Shown piece by piece: positions 34,671-47,318 of a stretch of DNA of 64,000 nt. This DNA comes from an uncultured Acidobacteriota bacterium. GTDB taxonomy: Bacteria; Acidobacteriota; Vicinamibacteria; Fen-336. The stretch lies in contig CADEEV010000005.1 of assembly GCA_902826455.1 (NCBI GenBank), positions 2,306-66,305 of the forward strand. The letters run 5' to 3'. The translations under genes were made by a program, and so were the position numbers. The notes under the pieces were generated by a model. That model searched no databases and had not been told where the DNA came from. It saw only the letters and a list, made by a program, of their open reading frames with translations. Position 1 is the stretch's first letter; each line of letters opens with the position of its first letter.

Positions 34671-36044
34671 GTGAGCCACGGCGGCCGGTCCGAGGCCCTC
34701 CTCTTCCAGCCCCTTCCCGTCGGCCGCGGCGGGCACGTCCTTCCGAACCGCGTCTGGCTGCCCGCCATGGTCACGTGGCGCGGCAGCGACGACGGGTTCG
34801 TGACGCCGTCGGTCCGGGAGATCTACCTGCGCTACGCCCTGGGCGGCGCCGGCATGATCGTGCTCGAGGCCACGGGGATCCGGGACGTGGCCAGCGGGCC
34901 GCTGTTGCGCCTCTCGGACGATCGCTACGTTCCCGGCCTCGCGGCCCTCCGCGACGAGATGAGGGCGGTCTCGAAGGGCCTCGTGATCCCACAGATCATC
35001 GACTTCCTCAAGATCGCGACGCGCAAGCCCACGCGCGACTACATGGCCGGCATGGTGCGGCGCGGCCGCCTGCCCGAGGCGGTCCTCGAGCTCACCGACG
35101 GAGCCTTCGAGGCGCGCGCCGACGAGCTCCTCGGCCCCAGGGAGCTGCGGGACTTCCGCCATGGCTACCGTCAGACCATCGAGGACCTGGACCTGGCGGA
35201 GATCCGCCACATCCCGGGCTGGTTCGCCGCAGCGGCGCGACGCGCAAGGACGGCCGGCTTCGACGGCGTCGAGCTGCACTTCGCCCACGCCTACACCCTG
35301 GCCTCGTTCCTCTCCGTCACGAACCGGCGCACGGACGCCTATGGCGGGAGCTTCGAGAACCGCATGCGGCTCCCGCTCGAGGTCGTCGCCGCGGTGCGCG
35401 AGGAGGTGGGGCGCGAGTTCATCGTGGGCTGCCGCTACCTCGGCAGCGAGGACATCCGCGCCGACGACGGCCAGATCGTCGGCAACACCCTCGACGACGC
35501 GCGGGCGATCGGAGTCGAGCTGTGCCGCGCGGGGCTCGACTTCCTCTCCATCTCCCGTGGCGGCAAGTTCGACGACGCCAAGCAGCCGCCGGTCGGTGAG
35601 GCCGCGTATCCCTACACGGGCTGGAGCGGCAGCCGCTGCATCCCCCGCGACAAGAAAGATCCCGCGGAGGTCAACGTGTTCCTGGCGACCGGGATCCGCG
35701 CCGCCGTACGCGAAGCCGGCTTCAGCGTGCCCGTGGTGGCCGCGGGCAAGATCCACACGTTCGAGCAGGCCGAAGGCATCCTGAGCTCGAGGCGCGCCGA
35801 TCTGGTGGGCATGGCGCGGGCCCTGCTCGCCGACCCCGATCTGCCCCGCAAGTGGCGCGACAGCGGCGACTCCGACGCGCGCGCGTGCGTGTTCTGCCCC
35901 TACTGCGAGCAGGAGGACCAGCACCATCGCGTGGTCACCTGCACGCTCTGGCCCAAGGATCCTTCCAATCCGCGAGCCCGCCTGACGCCAGGCCTGTGGC
36001 ATCCGGGCGCTCCCTTCGACCGACGAGCGCTGTTCCGGGGTTAG
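34671..36044 (+). CDS. Old-Yellow-Enzyme family FMN oxidoreductase (2,4-dienoyl-CoA reductase N-terminal-like) with a C-terminal Cys cluster
   Basis: OYE TIM-barrel motifs (GFDGVELHFAHAYTLASFLS, NRRTDAYGGSFENRMR) plus C-x2-C-x2-C-x11-C (CVFCPYCEQEDQHHRVVTC). It lacks the FadH-type C-terminal FAD/NADPH domains. Confidence 0.85.
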   Translation: MSHGGRSEALLFQPLPVGRGGHVLPNRVWLPAMVTWRGSDDGFVTPSVREIYLRYALGGAGMIVLEATGIRDVASGPLLRLSDDRYVPGLAALRDEMRAVSKGLVIPQIIDFLKIATRKPTRDYMAGMVRRGRLPEAVLELTDGAFEARADELLGPRELRDFRHGYRQTIEDLDLAEIRHIPGWFAAAARRARTAGFDGVELHFAHAYTLASFLSVTNRRTDAYGGSFENRMRLPLEVVAAVREEVGREFIVGCRYLGSEDIRADDGQIVGNTLDDARAIGVELCRAGLDFLSISRGGKFDDAKQPPVGEAAYPYTGWSGSRCIPRDKKDPAEVNVFLATGIRAAVREAGFSVPVVAAGKIHTFEQAEGILSSRRADLVGMARALLADPDLPRKWRDSGDSDARACVFCPYCEQEDQHHRVVTCTLWPKDPSNPRARLTPGLWHPGAPFDRRALFRG

Positions 36045-36057
36045 AATCGCCGCCCGA

Positions 36058-38160
36058 ATGACAGCGAGGGCGCGCTGGGCTGCAACGGTCGTGTTCGCGA
36101 GCCTGCTCGGCGGCGCCCTTCTGGCGCCCGGCGGCAATGCCGATGCGCCGAAGACGGCGCCGCGCCTGCCGGAGCTGCAAGCTCCCTACCCGTTGCCGCC
36201 CCTGCCGCCCCAGTCGCCGCGCAACGCGAACTACACGATCGAGGCCCGCCTCGATCCGGCGACGCAGACGATCGACGGCAGCCTGGTGCTCGAGTGGCGC
36301 AACCTCGGGGACGTCCCGATCGAGACGTTCCCGTTCCATCTCTACTGGAACGCCTTCCGGAACAACCTGTCGAGCACCGCGCGGGGCGACGGCACGCGGG
36401 CGGCCCGCTTCAAGTCCGACCGCGACTACGGCTTCATGAAGATCAAGCGCATCGTGCTGCTCGGCGAGCCCGAGGTCGACCTGACGCGAGGCTTGCGCTT
36501 CCTCGCGCCCGACGATCAGAACGGGGCCGATCGGACGATCGGCGGCGTGACCGCGCCCCGGGCGATTCCACCGGGCGCGACGGCCCGCTTCCGGATCGAG
36601 TGGACGGCGCGGATCCCCTACGGGGCCCTGGGCCGCGCGGGGTGGATCCACGACTACTACTTCGTCGTGCAGTGGTTCCCCAAGATCGGCGTCTTCCGGA
36701 AGGACCGCTGGAACGCCCACCAGTTCCACTCCCAGGGCGAGTTCTTCTCGGACTACGGCAACTACGACGTGACGCTCACGCTCCCCCAGGGATTCGTCGT
36801 CGGCGCCACCGGGACGTCGGAGCCCGCGCGGAACAATCCCGATGGAACGCAGACCGTGCGCTTCCGGCAGGACGACGTCCACGACTTCGCCTGGACCGCG
36901 AGCCGCCGCTTCCTCGAGCGCCGCTCCCGCTTCGAGGAGGCGGGCTACGCGCCGGTCGACATACGCCTGCTGCTGCAGCCCGAGCACGAGCACCTGGCCG
37001 AGCGCTACCTGCGCGCCACCGAGGTGGCGCTGCGCAGCTATGGCACCTGGGCCGCGCCGTATCCGTACGGCCACATCACGGTCGTGGACCCGGCGTGGTT
37101 CTCCGCGTCGGGAGGCATGGAGTACCCGACGCTCTTCACCGGCGGAACCCACGTCCAGGCCCCGATTGAGCTCCAGAGCCCGGAGACCGTGACGGTCCAC
37201 GAGGCCGGCCACCAGTTCTGGTACGGCCTTGTGGGCACGAACGAGTTCGAGGAGGCGTGGCTGGACGAAGGCCTCAACGACTACGCCGAGGCCAAGGCCC
37301 TCGAGCTCTTCTACGGCCCGATGGGCCTCGGCCGCCGTTACTTCGGCGGGAAGGAGTCGCGAGGACGGCAGCGCGGCTGGCCCGTGGTCGCACCGGGCGT
37401 CTCGATCGGTCGCGGCGAGCAGAGCCTGTCCGACCTGCGGCGACTCGGCGAGCGCGATCCGATGGTCCGCAACTCCTGGGAGTTCGAGAACGCCGACGTC
37501 TACACCCTCAACGCCTACCGCAAGCCGGCCCTCGTCTACCAGACCCTCGAGGGGCTCGTGGGCGACGAGACGATGACGCGCATCCTGCGCACCTGGAGCC
37601 ACCGCTACCAGTTCGAGCACCCCACGACCCGGGACTTCATCGCCACGGTGAACGAGGTGACGGGCCAGGACTGGACCTGGTTCTTCGACGAGACGTTCTA
37701 CTCGAGCGGGCTATGCGACTACGCGGTCGTGGTCCAGGAGGAGCCGCGCCGGCGGGCGACGGGCTACGTGGACGGTCCTCCCGGCGATCGCAACACGCCC
37801 ACCCCGGCCATCACCATGGCGAAGGGAATGCCCGACGACGGTCTCACGGAGACCACGGTCACCGTGCGCCGCCTCGGCGCGGTGCGGATGCCCGTCGAGA
37901 TCGTGGTGGAGCTCGCGGACGGCCGCGTGGTGCGCGAGAGCTGGGACGGCCGCGACCGTTGGGCACGCTTCCGCTACGACGGTCCGAAGGTGCAGCGCGT
38001 GAGCGTCGACCCGGATCACAAGCTGGCCATCGACGTCGATCCCTCCAACAACACGTGGCGCCGCGAGGAAGGTCTCGCGCGCCAGGCCGCGTGGAAGTGG
38101 TCGGCGCGCTTCCTGTTCTGGCTGCAGAACCTCCTGGAGCTCCACACGGTGCTGGGTTGA
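36058..38160 (+). CDS. Secreted M1-family zinc metallopeptidase (aminopeptidase N-like)
   Basis: Signal peptide, then HEAGHQFWYG...(18 aa)...EAWLDEGL gluzincin motif. Confidence 0.9.
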   Translation: MTARARWAATVVFASLLGGALLAPGGNADAPKTAPRLPELQAPYPLPPLPPQSPRNANYTIEARLDPATQTIDGSLVLEWRNLGDVPIETFPFHLYWNAFRNNLSSTARGDGTRAARFKSDRDYGFMKIKRIVLLGEPEVDLTRGLRFLAPDDQNGADRTIGGVTAPRAIPPGATARFRIEWTARIPYGALGRAGWIHDYYFVVQWFPKIGVFRKDRWNAHQFHSQGEFFSDYGNYDVTLTLPQGFVVGATGTSEPARNNPDGTQTVRFRQDDVHDFAWTASRRFLERRSRFEEAGYAPVDIRLLLQPEHEHLAERYLRATEVALRSYGTWAAPYPYGHITVVDPAWFSASGGMEYPTLFTGGTHVQAPIELQSPETVTVHEAGHQFWYGLVGTNEFEEAWLDEGLNDYAEAKALELFYGPMGLGRRYFGGKESRGRQRGWPVVAPGVSIGRGEQSLSDLRRLGERDPMVRNSWEFENADVYTLNAYRKPALVYQTLEGLVGDETMTRILRTWSHRYQFEHPTTRDFIATVNEVTGQDWTWFFDETFYSSGLCDYAVVVQEEPRRRATGYVDGPPGDRNTPTPAITMAKGMPDDGLTETTVTVRRLGAVRMPVEIVVELADGRVVRESWDGRDRWARFRYDGPKVQRVSVDPDHKLAIDVDPSNNTWRREEGLARQAAWKWSARFLFWLQNLLELHTVLG

Positions 38161-39137
38161 AGCGCGCTCTCTCCGCCGGCCTCGGCGCCGCCTGGCGTTG
38201 CCGCGCGCTCGTGGCTTTCCTCTGGGCCGCGAACCTGGCGATGAGCGCGCTGCTGGCGGTGCCTCTCGCCACGGTCCTCGAGCGCGACCTGCGCGAGAAG
38301 GAATCGGCGGCCCAGATGGCCCGCGGTTTCGACTATCCCTGGTGGAGCCGCTGGTCCGACCAGCAGAAGGGCTGGACCGCCGCCTTCAAGCCCGACATCC
38401 TCGGCGTGGGCTTCGCGTTCCGCAACACGGAGCTGCTGCTGAACGGGCGGCTGCCCGTGGGCGCATTCGCGACCGGCGGCAAGGAGATGGCTCCTCCCGA
38501 CATCGACGTCGACGGCGTGATCCTCGGCCTCGGGGCCGCGTACATGCTGCTCCAGGTCTTCTTCTCGGGCGGCATCCTGGGCGCGCTTCGCGGCCCGCGG
38601 TCGAGCCTGACGGCGCGCGGCTTCGCCCACGGCTGCGGCTTCTACTTCGGCCGCATGCTGCGCGTCGCCGGCGTCGCGCTCCTGCTCGACGGAGCGTGGT
38701 TCTGGCTCAACGCGCCGCTCGCCGCATGGGCGAACCGCATCGCCCAGGACGCCGTCTCCGAGACGACCGCTCTCGCCTGGTCCTACGGGCGCCACGCGTT
38801 CCTGCTCGCGGGGCTTTTGGCGATCCACGGGCTCGCGGGCTACGCCCGGGCCATCCTCGTGCTGGAGGATCGCAAGAGCGCGCTCCTCGCGTTCGTGTCC
38901 GCCCTGGGCTTCTGCGTGAGGCGCTTCGGCGCGGCCGCAGGACAGTACCTGGCCATCGCCGCCCTGTCGCTGCTGGCCCTCGGGTCGTGGACGCTTGTCG
39001 ACGGGGCGGTTCCCGTCACGGGCTGGGCCACGCAGCTCCTGGCCTTCGCCCTGATGCAGGCGTTCGTCCTCGCGCGAGTCGGCCTGCGCCTCGCCCTGCT
39101 CGGCGGCCAGCTGGAGCTCTACCGCGGCGGGCGTTGA
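38157..39137 (+). CDS. Hypothetical integral membrane protein
   Basis: Multiple TM helices. The TTG start overlaps the peptidase stop (TTGA). Track ORF 37257..39137 is over-extended. Confidence 0.5.
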   Translation: MKRALSAGLGAAWRCRALVAFLWAANLAMSALLAVPLATVLERDLREKESAAQMARGFDYPWWSRWSDQQKGWTAAFKPDILGVGFAFRNTELLLNGRLPVGAFATGGKEMAPPDIDVDGVILGLGAAYMLLQVFFSGGILGALRGPRSSLTARGFAHGCGFYFGRMLRVAGVALLLDGAWFWLNAPLAAWANRIAQDAVSETTALAWSYGRHAFLLAGLLAIHGLAGYARAILVLEDRKSALLAFVSALGFCVRRFGAAAGQYLAIAALSLLALGSWTLVDGAVPVTGWATQLLAFALMQAFVLARVGLRLALLGGQLELYRGGR

Positions 39138-39186
39138 TTCGGGACGCCGCGCCCGCGCGAGCTGATCTAGAATCCTCCTGACCTCC

Positions 39187-39681
39187 ATGGCGATCGACGA
39201 GCGGGACTTCCGTCGGGCGCTCGGGCAGTTCGCGACCGGCATCACGGTCGTCACCACGCGCGACGGCCATGGCCGCGCCATGGGCCTGACGGTCAACTCC
39301 TTCGCGGCCGTGAGCCTGGTCCCTCCGCTCGTCATGGTGTGCATCGACAACCGCTCCGACACCCACGCCGGGTTCGACGCGTCGGGCGTCTTCGGCGTCA
39401 GCGTGCTGGGCGAAGGCCAGGAAGCCTTCTCGCGGCGTTTCGCGACGCCCGGGCGCGAGAAGTTCGCGGCCTCGGACCTGCTGACCGGCGAGACCGGCGT
39501 CGCCCTGGTGCCGGGCGCTCTCGCCCACATCGAGTGTCGCGTGGGAGCGAAGTTGCCGGGCGGCGACCACACCATCTACGTCGGCGAGGTGCTGAGGCTC
39601 CACGTCGCCGCGGGGCGCCCCTTGCTCTATCACGGTGGCGGCTACTGCCGCCTCGACGACCCCGAGGAGACGACGGCGTGA
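39187..39681 (+). CDS. Flavin reductase (HpaC/NADH:FMN oxidoreductase-like)
   Basis: FMN-binding split-barrel motifs (FRRALGQFATGITVVTT; GLTVNSFAAVSLVPPLVMVCI). Confidence 0.85.
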   Translation: MAIDERDFRRALGQFATGITVVTTRDGHGRAMGLTVNSFAAVSLVPPLVMVCIDNRSDTHAGFDASGVFGVSVLGEGQEAFSRRFATPGREKFAASDLLTGETGVALVPGALAHIECRVGAKLPGGDHTIYVGEVLRLHVAAGRPLLYHGGGYCRLDDPEETTA

Positions 39682-41258
39682 GCGGGGCCATGGAGTTTCC
39701 CGAACGCTTCAACATGGCCTGGTACTTCCTCGACCGCAACGTCGAGCAGGGCCGGGGCGGGAAGACCTGTCTGTACTACAAGGACGAAGGCTACACCTAT
39801 CGTGAGGTCCAGGCCCGGGCGAACCGCTTCGCGAACGCCCTGGGATCCCTGGGCGTCGCCGTCGAGGATCGCGTGCTGATCGTCCTTCCCGACCGGCCGG
39901 AGTTCGCCTTCGCCTGGTTCGGAGCCGCGAAGGCCGGCGCCGTGATCGCGATGGTGAACCCGTTGCTGCCGGCCGACGACTACGCCCATTACTTCGAGTA
40001 CACGCGCGCCAAGGTCGCGGTCGTGGACGAATCGACCCTCGATCGCCTGGATCCCCTGCGCGAGACGTTCCGGCATCTGAAGCACCTCGTGGTGGTGGGC
40101 CGCAACGGCCGGCACCCGAGCTTCGAGGGCCTGCTCGAGAGCGCCTCCGACGCCTTCACGAACGCCGACACGCATCGCGACGATCCGGCGATCTGGCTCT
40201 TCACCAGCGGCTCGACGGGCAAGCCCAAGGCCGCCGTGCACCTGCAGCAAGACCTGCCCTGGAACACCGAGCGGTACGCGAAGCAGGTGCTCGGGATCCG
40301 CGAGGACGACCTCACGGTCTCGGTGCCCAAGCTGTTCTTCGGCTACGCGACCGGCTCCAACCTGCTCTTCCCGTTCGCGGTGGGCGGCGCCACGGCCCTG
40401 TTCAGCGAGCGCAGCGAGGCGGCGACCCTCTTCGACGTCATCGAGCGCTTCAAGCCCACGATCCTGACCTCCGTGCCGACGATGATCGGCGCGATGCTGA
40501 ACCACCCGGACGCGGCCCGGCGCGATCTCGGCTCCCTGCGTTGCGTGCTCTCCGCGGGCGAGGCGTTGCCCCCCGAGCTCGACCGCCGCTGGCGCGAGCG
40601 CTTCGGCGTCGAGATCCTGGACGGCATCGGCTCCGCCGAGATGTTCCACATCTACATCTCCAACTATCCGGGCCAGGTCGTCCCGGGCAGCCTGGGCCGG
40701 CTGGTTCCGGGGTACGAGGCTCGGGTCGTGGGCGCCGACGGCCTCGACCTGGCCGACGGCGAGCCGGGCACGCTGTGGATCAAGGGCGAGTCGGCGGCCG
40801 TCCTTTACTGGCAGGCCCACGAGAAATCGAAGGCCGTGCTGCGCGGGGACTGGGTCGTGACGGGGGACCACATGCGCCGCGACGCGAGTGGAGTCTTCTG
40901 GTACGAGGGCCGTACGGACGACATGCTCAAGGTCGGCGGCGTCTTCGTGTCTCCCCTGGAGGTCGAGAACTGCCTTCTGGAGCACGAAGCGGTAGCGGAA
41001 TGCGCCGTGATCGGCTATAAAGACGCCGACGGACTCGTGAAATCCAAGGCCTTCGTGGTGACCCGGCAGCGACAGGGCGACGACGCACTCGCTCGCGAGC
41101 TGCAGGAATTCGTGAAACGGCGCCTGGCGCCCTTCAAGTATCCGCGGGCCGTGGAATTCACGCCGTCGCTCCCGAAGAACGACCGTGGCAAGATCGATCG
41201 ACGGCGGCTCGAGGCCGCTGGCCCACGCTCAGAGGACCCTGCCCGCCTGACGCTCTAA
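39678..41258 (+). CDS. Benzoate-CoA ligase family / aryl-CoA ligase (AMP-forming)
   Basis: FTSGSTGKPKA, YISNYPG-type and C-terminal GKIDRRRL motifs. GTG start overlapping the flavin reductase stop (GTGA); an alternative ATG lies at 39690. Confidence 0.85.
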   Translation: MSGAMEFPERFNMAWYFLDRNVEQGRGGKTCLYYKDEGYTYREVQARANRFANALGSLGVAVEDRVLIVLPDRPEFAFAWFGAAKAGAVIAMVNPLLPADDYAHYFEYTRAKVAVVDESTLDRLDPLRETFRHLKHLVVVGRNGRHPSFEGLLESASDAFTNADTHRDDPAIWLFTSGSTGKPKAAVHLQQDLPWNTERYAKQVLGIREDDLTVSVPKLFFGYATGSNLLFPFAVGGATALFSERSEAATLFDVIERFKPTILTSVPTMIGAMLNHPDAARRDLGSLRCVLSAGEALPPELDRRWRERFGVEILDGIGSAEMFHIYISNYPGQVVPGSLGRLVPGYEARVVGADGLDLADGEPGTLWIKGESAAVLYWQAHEKSKAVLRGDWVVTGDHMRRDASGVFWYEGRTDDMLKVGGVFVSPLEVENCLLEHEAVAECAVIGYKDADGLVKSKAFVVTRQRQGDDALARELQEFVKRRLAPFKYPRAVEFTPSLPKNDRGKIDRRRLEAAGPRSEDPARLTL

Positions 41259-41312
41259 GGCCCCCCCGAGGATTCAAGGAAAGGAGAGAAGGAACTTTTT
41301 CCTTCGCTGGCC

Positions 41313-42065
41313 ATGGCCGAGAACATCGTGATGTCGGAGATGACGTGGACCGAGATCGAGGAGGCGCTCAAGGAGCGTCCCGTCGGCCTCCTGCCGGTGG
41401 GCGCCGTCGAAGCTCACGGCCCGCACCTGCCGGTTTCGGCGGACACCGTGATCGCCACGGAGATGGCGAGACGCGGCGCCGAGAAGCTGAAGGAGCACGG
41501 GGTTCCCTCGCTCATCCTGCCCCCGGTCTACTTCACGGTGGCCGATTTCGGCGCGTCCTTCCCGGGCACGCTCAGCATCCCGGCGGATACCGCCGTGGCG
41601 TTGCTGCGCGACGTCTGCATCGCGGCGTCCAAGCGCTTCCGCTGCGTCGGGCTCGCGAACATCCACCTCGAGCCGCAGCACATCGAGTGCGTGAAGAAGG
41701 CTCTCGAGGAAGCGACCAAGGCCGGCGCCTCGGCGTGCTACGCCGACCTCTCGCGCAAGCGCTGGGCCGAGACCATGGGCCCGGTGTTCCAGCTCGGCGA
41801 CCACGCCGGCGCCTGGGAGACCTCGCTGATGATGGCCGCCGCGCCGGCCATGGTGCGCGAGCGCGAGCGCATCAGCCTGCCGCCCCTCGACGGCCTGATG
41901 CCCGCGCTCAAGAAGGGCGCCAAGACCTTCGTGGATGCCGGCGGCGAGGACGCCTACTTCGGCGATCCGACGGCGGCCTCGGCGGAGGACGGCGACAACT
42001 ACTACGAGTCCCTCGGCGAGGTGTTGTGCGTCTCGGTGATGGAACACCTCGGGAGCAAGGCGTAA
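41313..42065 (+). CDS. Creatininase-family amidohydrolase (creatinine amidohydrolase / MftE-like)
   Basis: LLPVGAVEAHGPHLPVSADT and GHAGAWETSLMMA motifs. Purine-rich SD AAGGAAAGGAGAGAAGGAA. Confidence 0.85.
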   Translation: MAENIVMSEMTWTEIEEALKERPVGLLPVGAVEAHGPHLPVSADTVIATEMARRGAEKLKEHGVPSLILPPVYFTVADFGASFPGTLSIPADTAVALLRDVCIAASKRFRCVGLANIHLEPQHIECVKKALEEATKAGASACYADLSRKRWAETMGPVFQLGDHAGAWETSLMMAAAPAMVRERERISLPPLDGLMPALKKGAKTFVDAGGEDAYFGDPTAASAEDGDNYYESLGEVLCVSVMEHLGSKA

Positions 42066-42478
42066 CGTTCTCCACGACGATCCTCGTCCGGTTCTGCGAC
42101 CTCGACCCGGCGGGGATCGCCTACTACCCCAACCTCGTCAACTTCCTGCACGTCGCCTTCGAGGATTTCTTTGCGGGCCACGTGGGGCGGCCCTACCCGG
42201 ACGTCTTTCGCGAGGGTATCGGCTTTCCCACCGTGAAGGTCGAGATGGAGTACCTCTCCCCGGTCCACTACGGCGATCGCGTGGAGGTCTCCGTGGCCGT
42301 CGAGAAGCTGGGCCGGTCGTCGGTAGGCTTCCGCTATGCGGGCAGCGTGGCCGGCAAGCCGGTGTTCACGGCCCGCAACACCGCCGTGGTGGTCGACATG
42401 AAGACGTTCCGCCCGATTCCGCTGCCGGAATCGTTGCGGAGCAAGTTTGTGGAAGCGCAGGATCCGGCTCCGGCCTAA
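42026..42478 (+). CDS. Hotdog-fold acyl-CoA thioesterase (4-hydroxybenzoyl-CoA thioesterase / YbgC-like)
   Basis: TFSTTILVRFCDLDPAGIAYYPNLVNFLHVAFEDFF matches the 4HBT N-terminus. There is no ATG/GTG/TTG next to the expected N-terminus; the only in-frame canonical start is GTG 42026, 39 nt inside the creatininase gene. Confidence 0.65.
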   Translation: MRLGDGTPREQGVTFSTTILVRFCDLDPAGIAYYPNLVNFLHVAFEDFFAGHVGRPYPDVFREGIGFPTVKVEMEYLSPVHYGDRVEVSVAVEKLGRSSVGFRYAGSVAGKPVFTARNTAVVVDMKTFRPIPLPESLRSKFVEAQDPAPA

Positions 42479-42536
42479 ATTCCCTCGAGCCCCTCGTCGC
42501 CTCATCCCAAGGGTCGGTACGCTCATCGGAGGAATC

Positions 42537-45821
<3,285 letters not shown>

Positions 45822-45839
45822 ATCGTAGACTAGCGTCCG

Positions 45840-46415
45840 ATGGCGGACTGGATCGCCCGGACGCTCGACGATGTCGACGACTGGTGCGCGGGGCACTCGC
45901 CGTGGCCCCGCGCGCCGCTGCTCCTGTACATGGCGTACGTCGGCGTCCGCCACCTGGGCGACACCGACTACACGAGCCTGCTCGGGCCCTTGAACCTCGG
46001 CATCCACGAGGCGGGCCACCTGCTGTTCTCGTTCCTGTCCTCGGATTTCCTGACCGTCCTCGGCGGGACCCTGCTGCAGCTCGCCGCCCCGATCGTCTCC
46101 GCCTTCCTGTTCTTCCGGCAACCCGATTACTTCGCCGTGGCGTTCTGCGGCAGCTGGCTCGCGACGAACCTGTACAACGTGGCGACGTACATGGCCGATG
46201 CGCGGGAGCTCGACCTGCCGCTCGTGAGCGTAGGCGGCGGCGAGGGCGACCACGACTGGAACTTCATGCTTTCGGCCGTCGGCCTCCTGAACCAGGACAC
46301 GCACCTCGCGACCCTCGTCCGGCTGCTGGCGTTCGTGGTCGCCTGGGGCTCGATCGCGGCCGGCGGTTGGCTCCTGATGCGGATGCACACGGCCAGCCGC
46401 GAGCGACTGGAATAG
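45840..46415 (+). CDS. Hypothetical membrane protein with an HExxH motif (GIHEAGHLLF)
   Basis: Four or five hydrophobic helices; possible intramembrane metalloprotease-like fold. Confidence 0.45.
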   Translation: MADWIARTLDDVDDWCAGHSPWPRAPLLLYMAYVGVRHLGDTDYTSLLGPLNLGIHEAGHLLFSFLSSDFLTVLGGTLLQLAAPIVSAFLFFRQPDYFAVAFCGSWLATNLYNVATYMADARELDLPLVSVGGGEGDHDWNFMLSAVGLLNQDTHLATLVRLLAFVVAWGSIAAGGWLLMRMHTASRERLE

Positions 46416-46456
46416 CCGCGCCCTCCGCTGCGTAGGACCCGCAACGGAGGTCGACG

Positions 46457-47314
46457 ATGCGACAGCGCGCGGCGTGGGTGGTGTTCTCGACGGTCCTTCT
46501 TTCCGCATGCGTGGAGCGCCACGCGGACGCACCGCAGTCGGCTCCGGTTCCGGACCAGGCAGCCGTCGCACGACCCCAGGAGGCACTGAAGGCCCTCGGC
46601 TACGTGGCCGAGGCAGGAAGGACAGTGGCCGCCGATCCCGTGGCCTCGATGACGGCCGCCCTCAAGCTGATCCGCAACGGCCGGATGACGATCGAGGTCG
46701 CGTCCTACGACGAGGCCCTGCGCCGGGTGGGGGCTCTCGCCACCGGCGTCGGCGGCTACGTCTCCGAGGCGCAGGCGGATCGCGCCGAGACCGGCAAGCG
46801 CCGGGGAACCGTGACGCTGCGGATCCCGGCCCGCGCCTTCGACGAGACGCGCTCGGGTCTCGGGCAGCTCGGGCAGGTGCGGGCCGAGACCTTCACCACC
46901 CAGGACGTCACCAAGGCCTACTCGGACCTCGAGACACGCCTGCGGGTGAAGCGCGAGACCCTCGGCCGCCTGGTGGATCTGCTCCGCAACCGCACCGGCC
47001 GCCTCTCGGACGTGCTGGAGGCCGAGCGCGAGATCGCCCGCGTGAACGAGGAGATCGAGCAGATGGAGGGCGAGCGGCGCTTCTACGACCAGCAGGTGTC
47101 GCTCTCGACGCTGACCCTCGAGCTCCACGAGCCCCAGGCTCTCGTCACGTCCTCGGCGCTGGCCCCGATCCGCGAGGCCCTCGGACGCGCCGCGGAGGTC
47201 CTGGCCCAATCCGTGGCGGCCCTCGTCTACCTGACCATGGTCCTGATCCCGTGGCTGCTCGCCGCCGTCCTCGGATGGAAGCTGGTGCGCCGGCTGCGGC
47301 GCCGGCACGCCTGA
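46457..47314 (+). CDS. DUF4349-like lipoprotein
   Basis: Lipobox LLSAC, central coiled-coil and C-terminal TM helix, as in DUF4349 proteins. Confidence 0.6.
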   Translation: MRQRAAWVVFSTVLLSACVERHADAPQSAPVPDQAAVARPQEALKALGYVAEAGRTVAADPVASMTAALKLIRNGRMTIEVASYDEALRRVGALATGVGGYVSEAQADRAETGKRRGTVTLRIPARAFDETRSGLGQLGQVRAETFTTQDVTKAYSDLETRLRVKRETLGRLVDLLRNRTGRLSDVLEAEREIARVNEEIEQMEGERRFYDQQVSLSTLTLELHEPQALVTSSALAPIREALGRAAEVLAQSVAALVYLTMVLIPWLLAAVLGWKLVRRLRRRHA

Positions 47315-47318
47315 ACAC

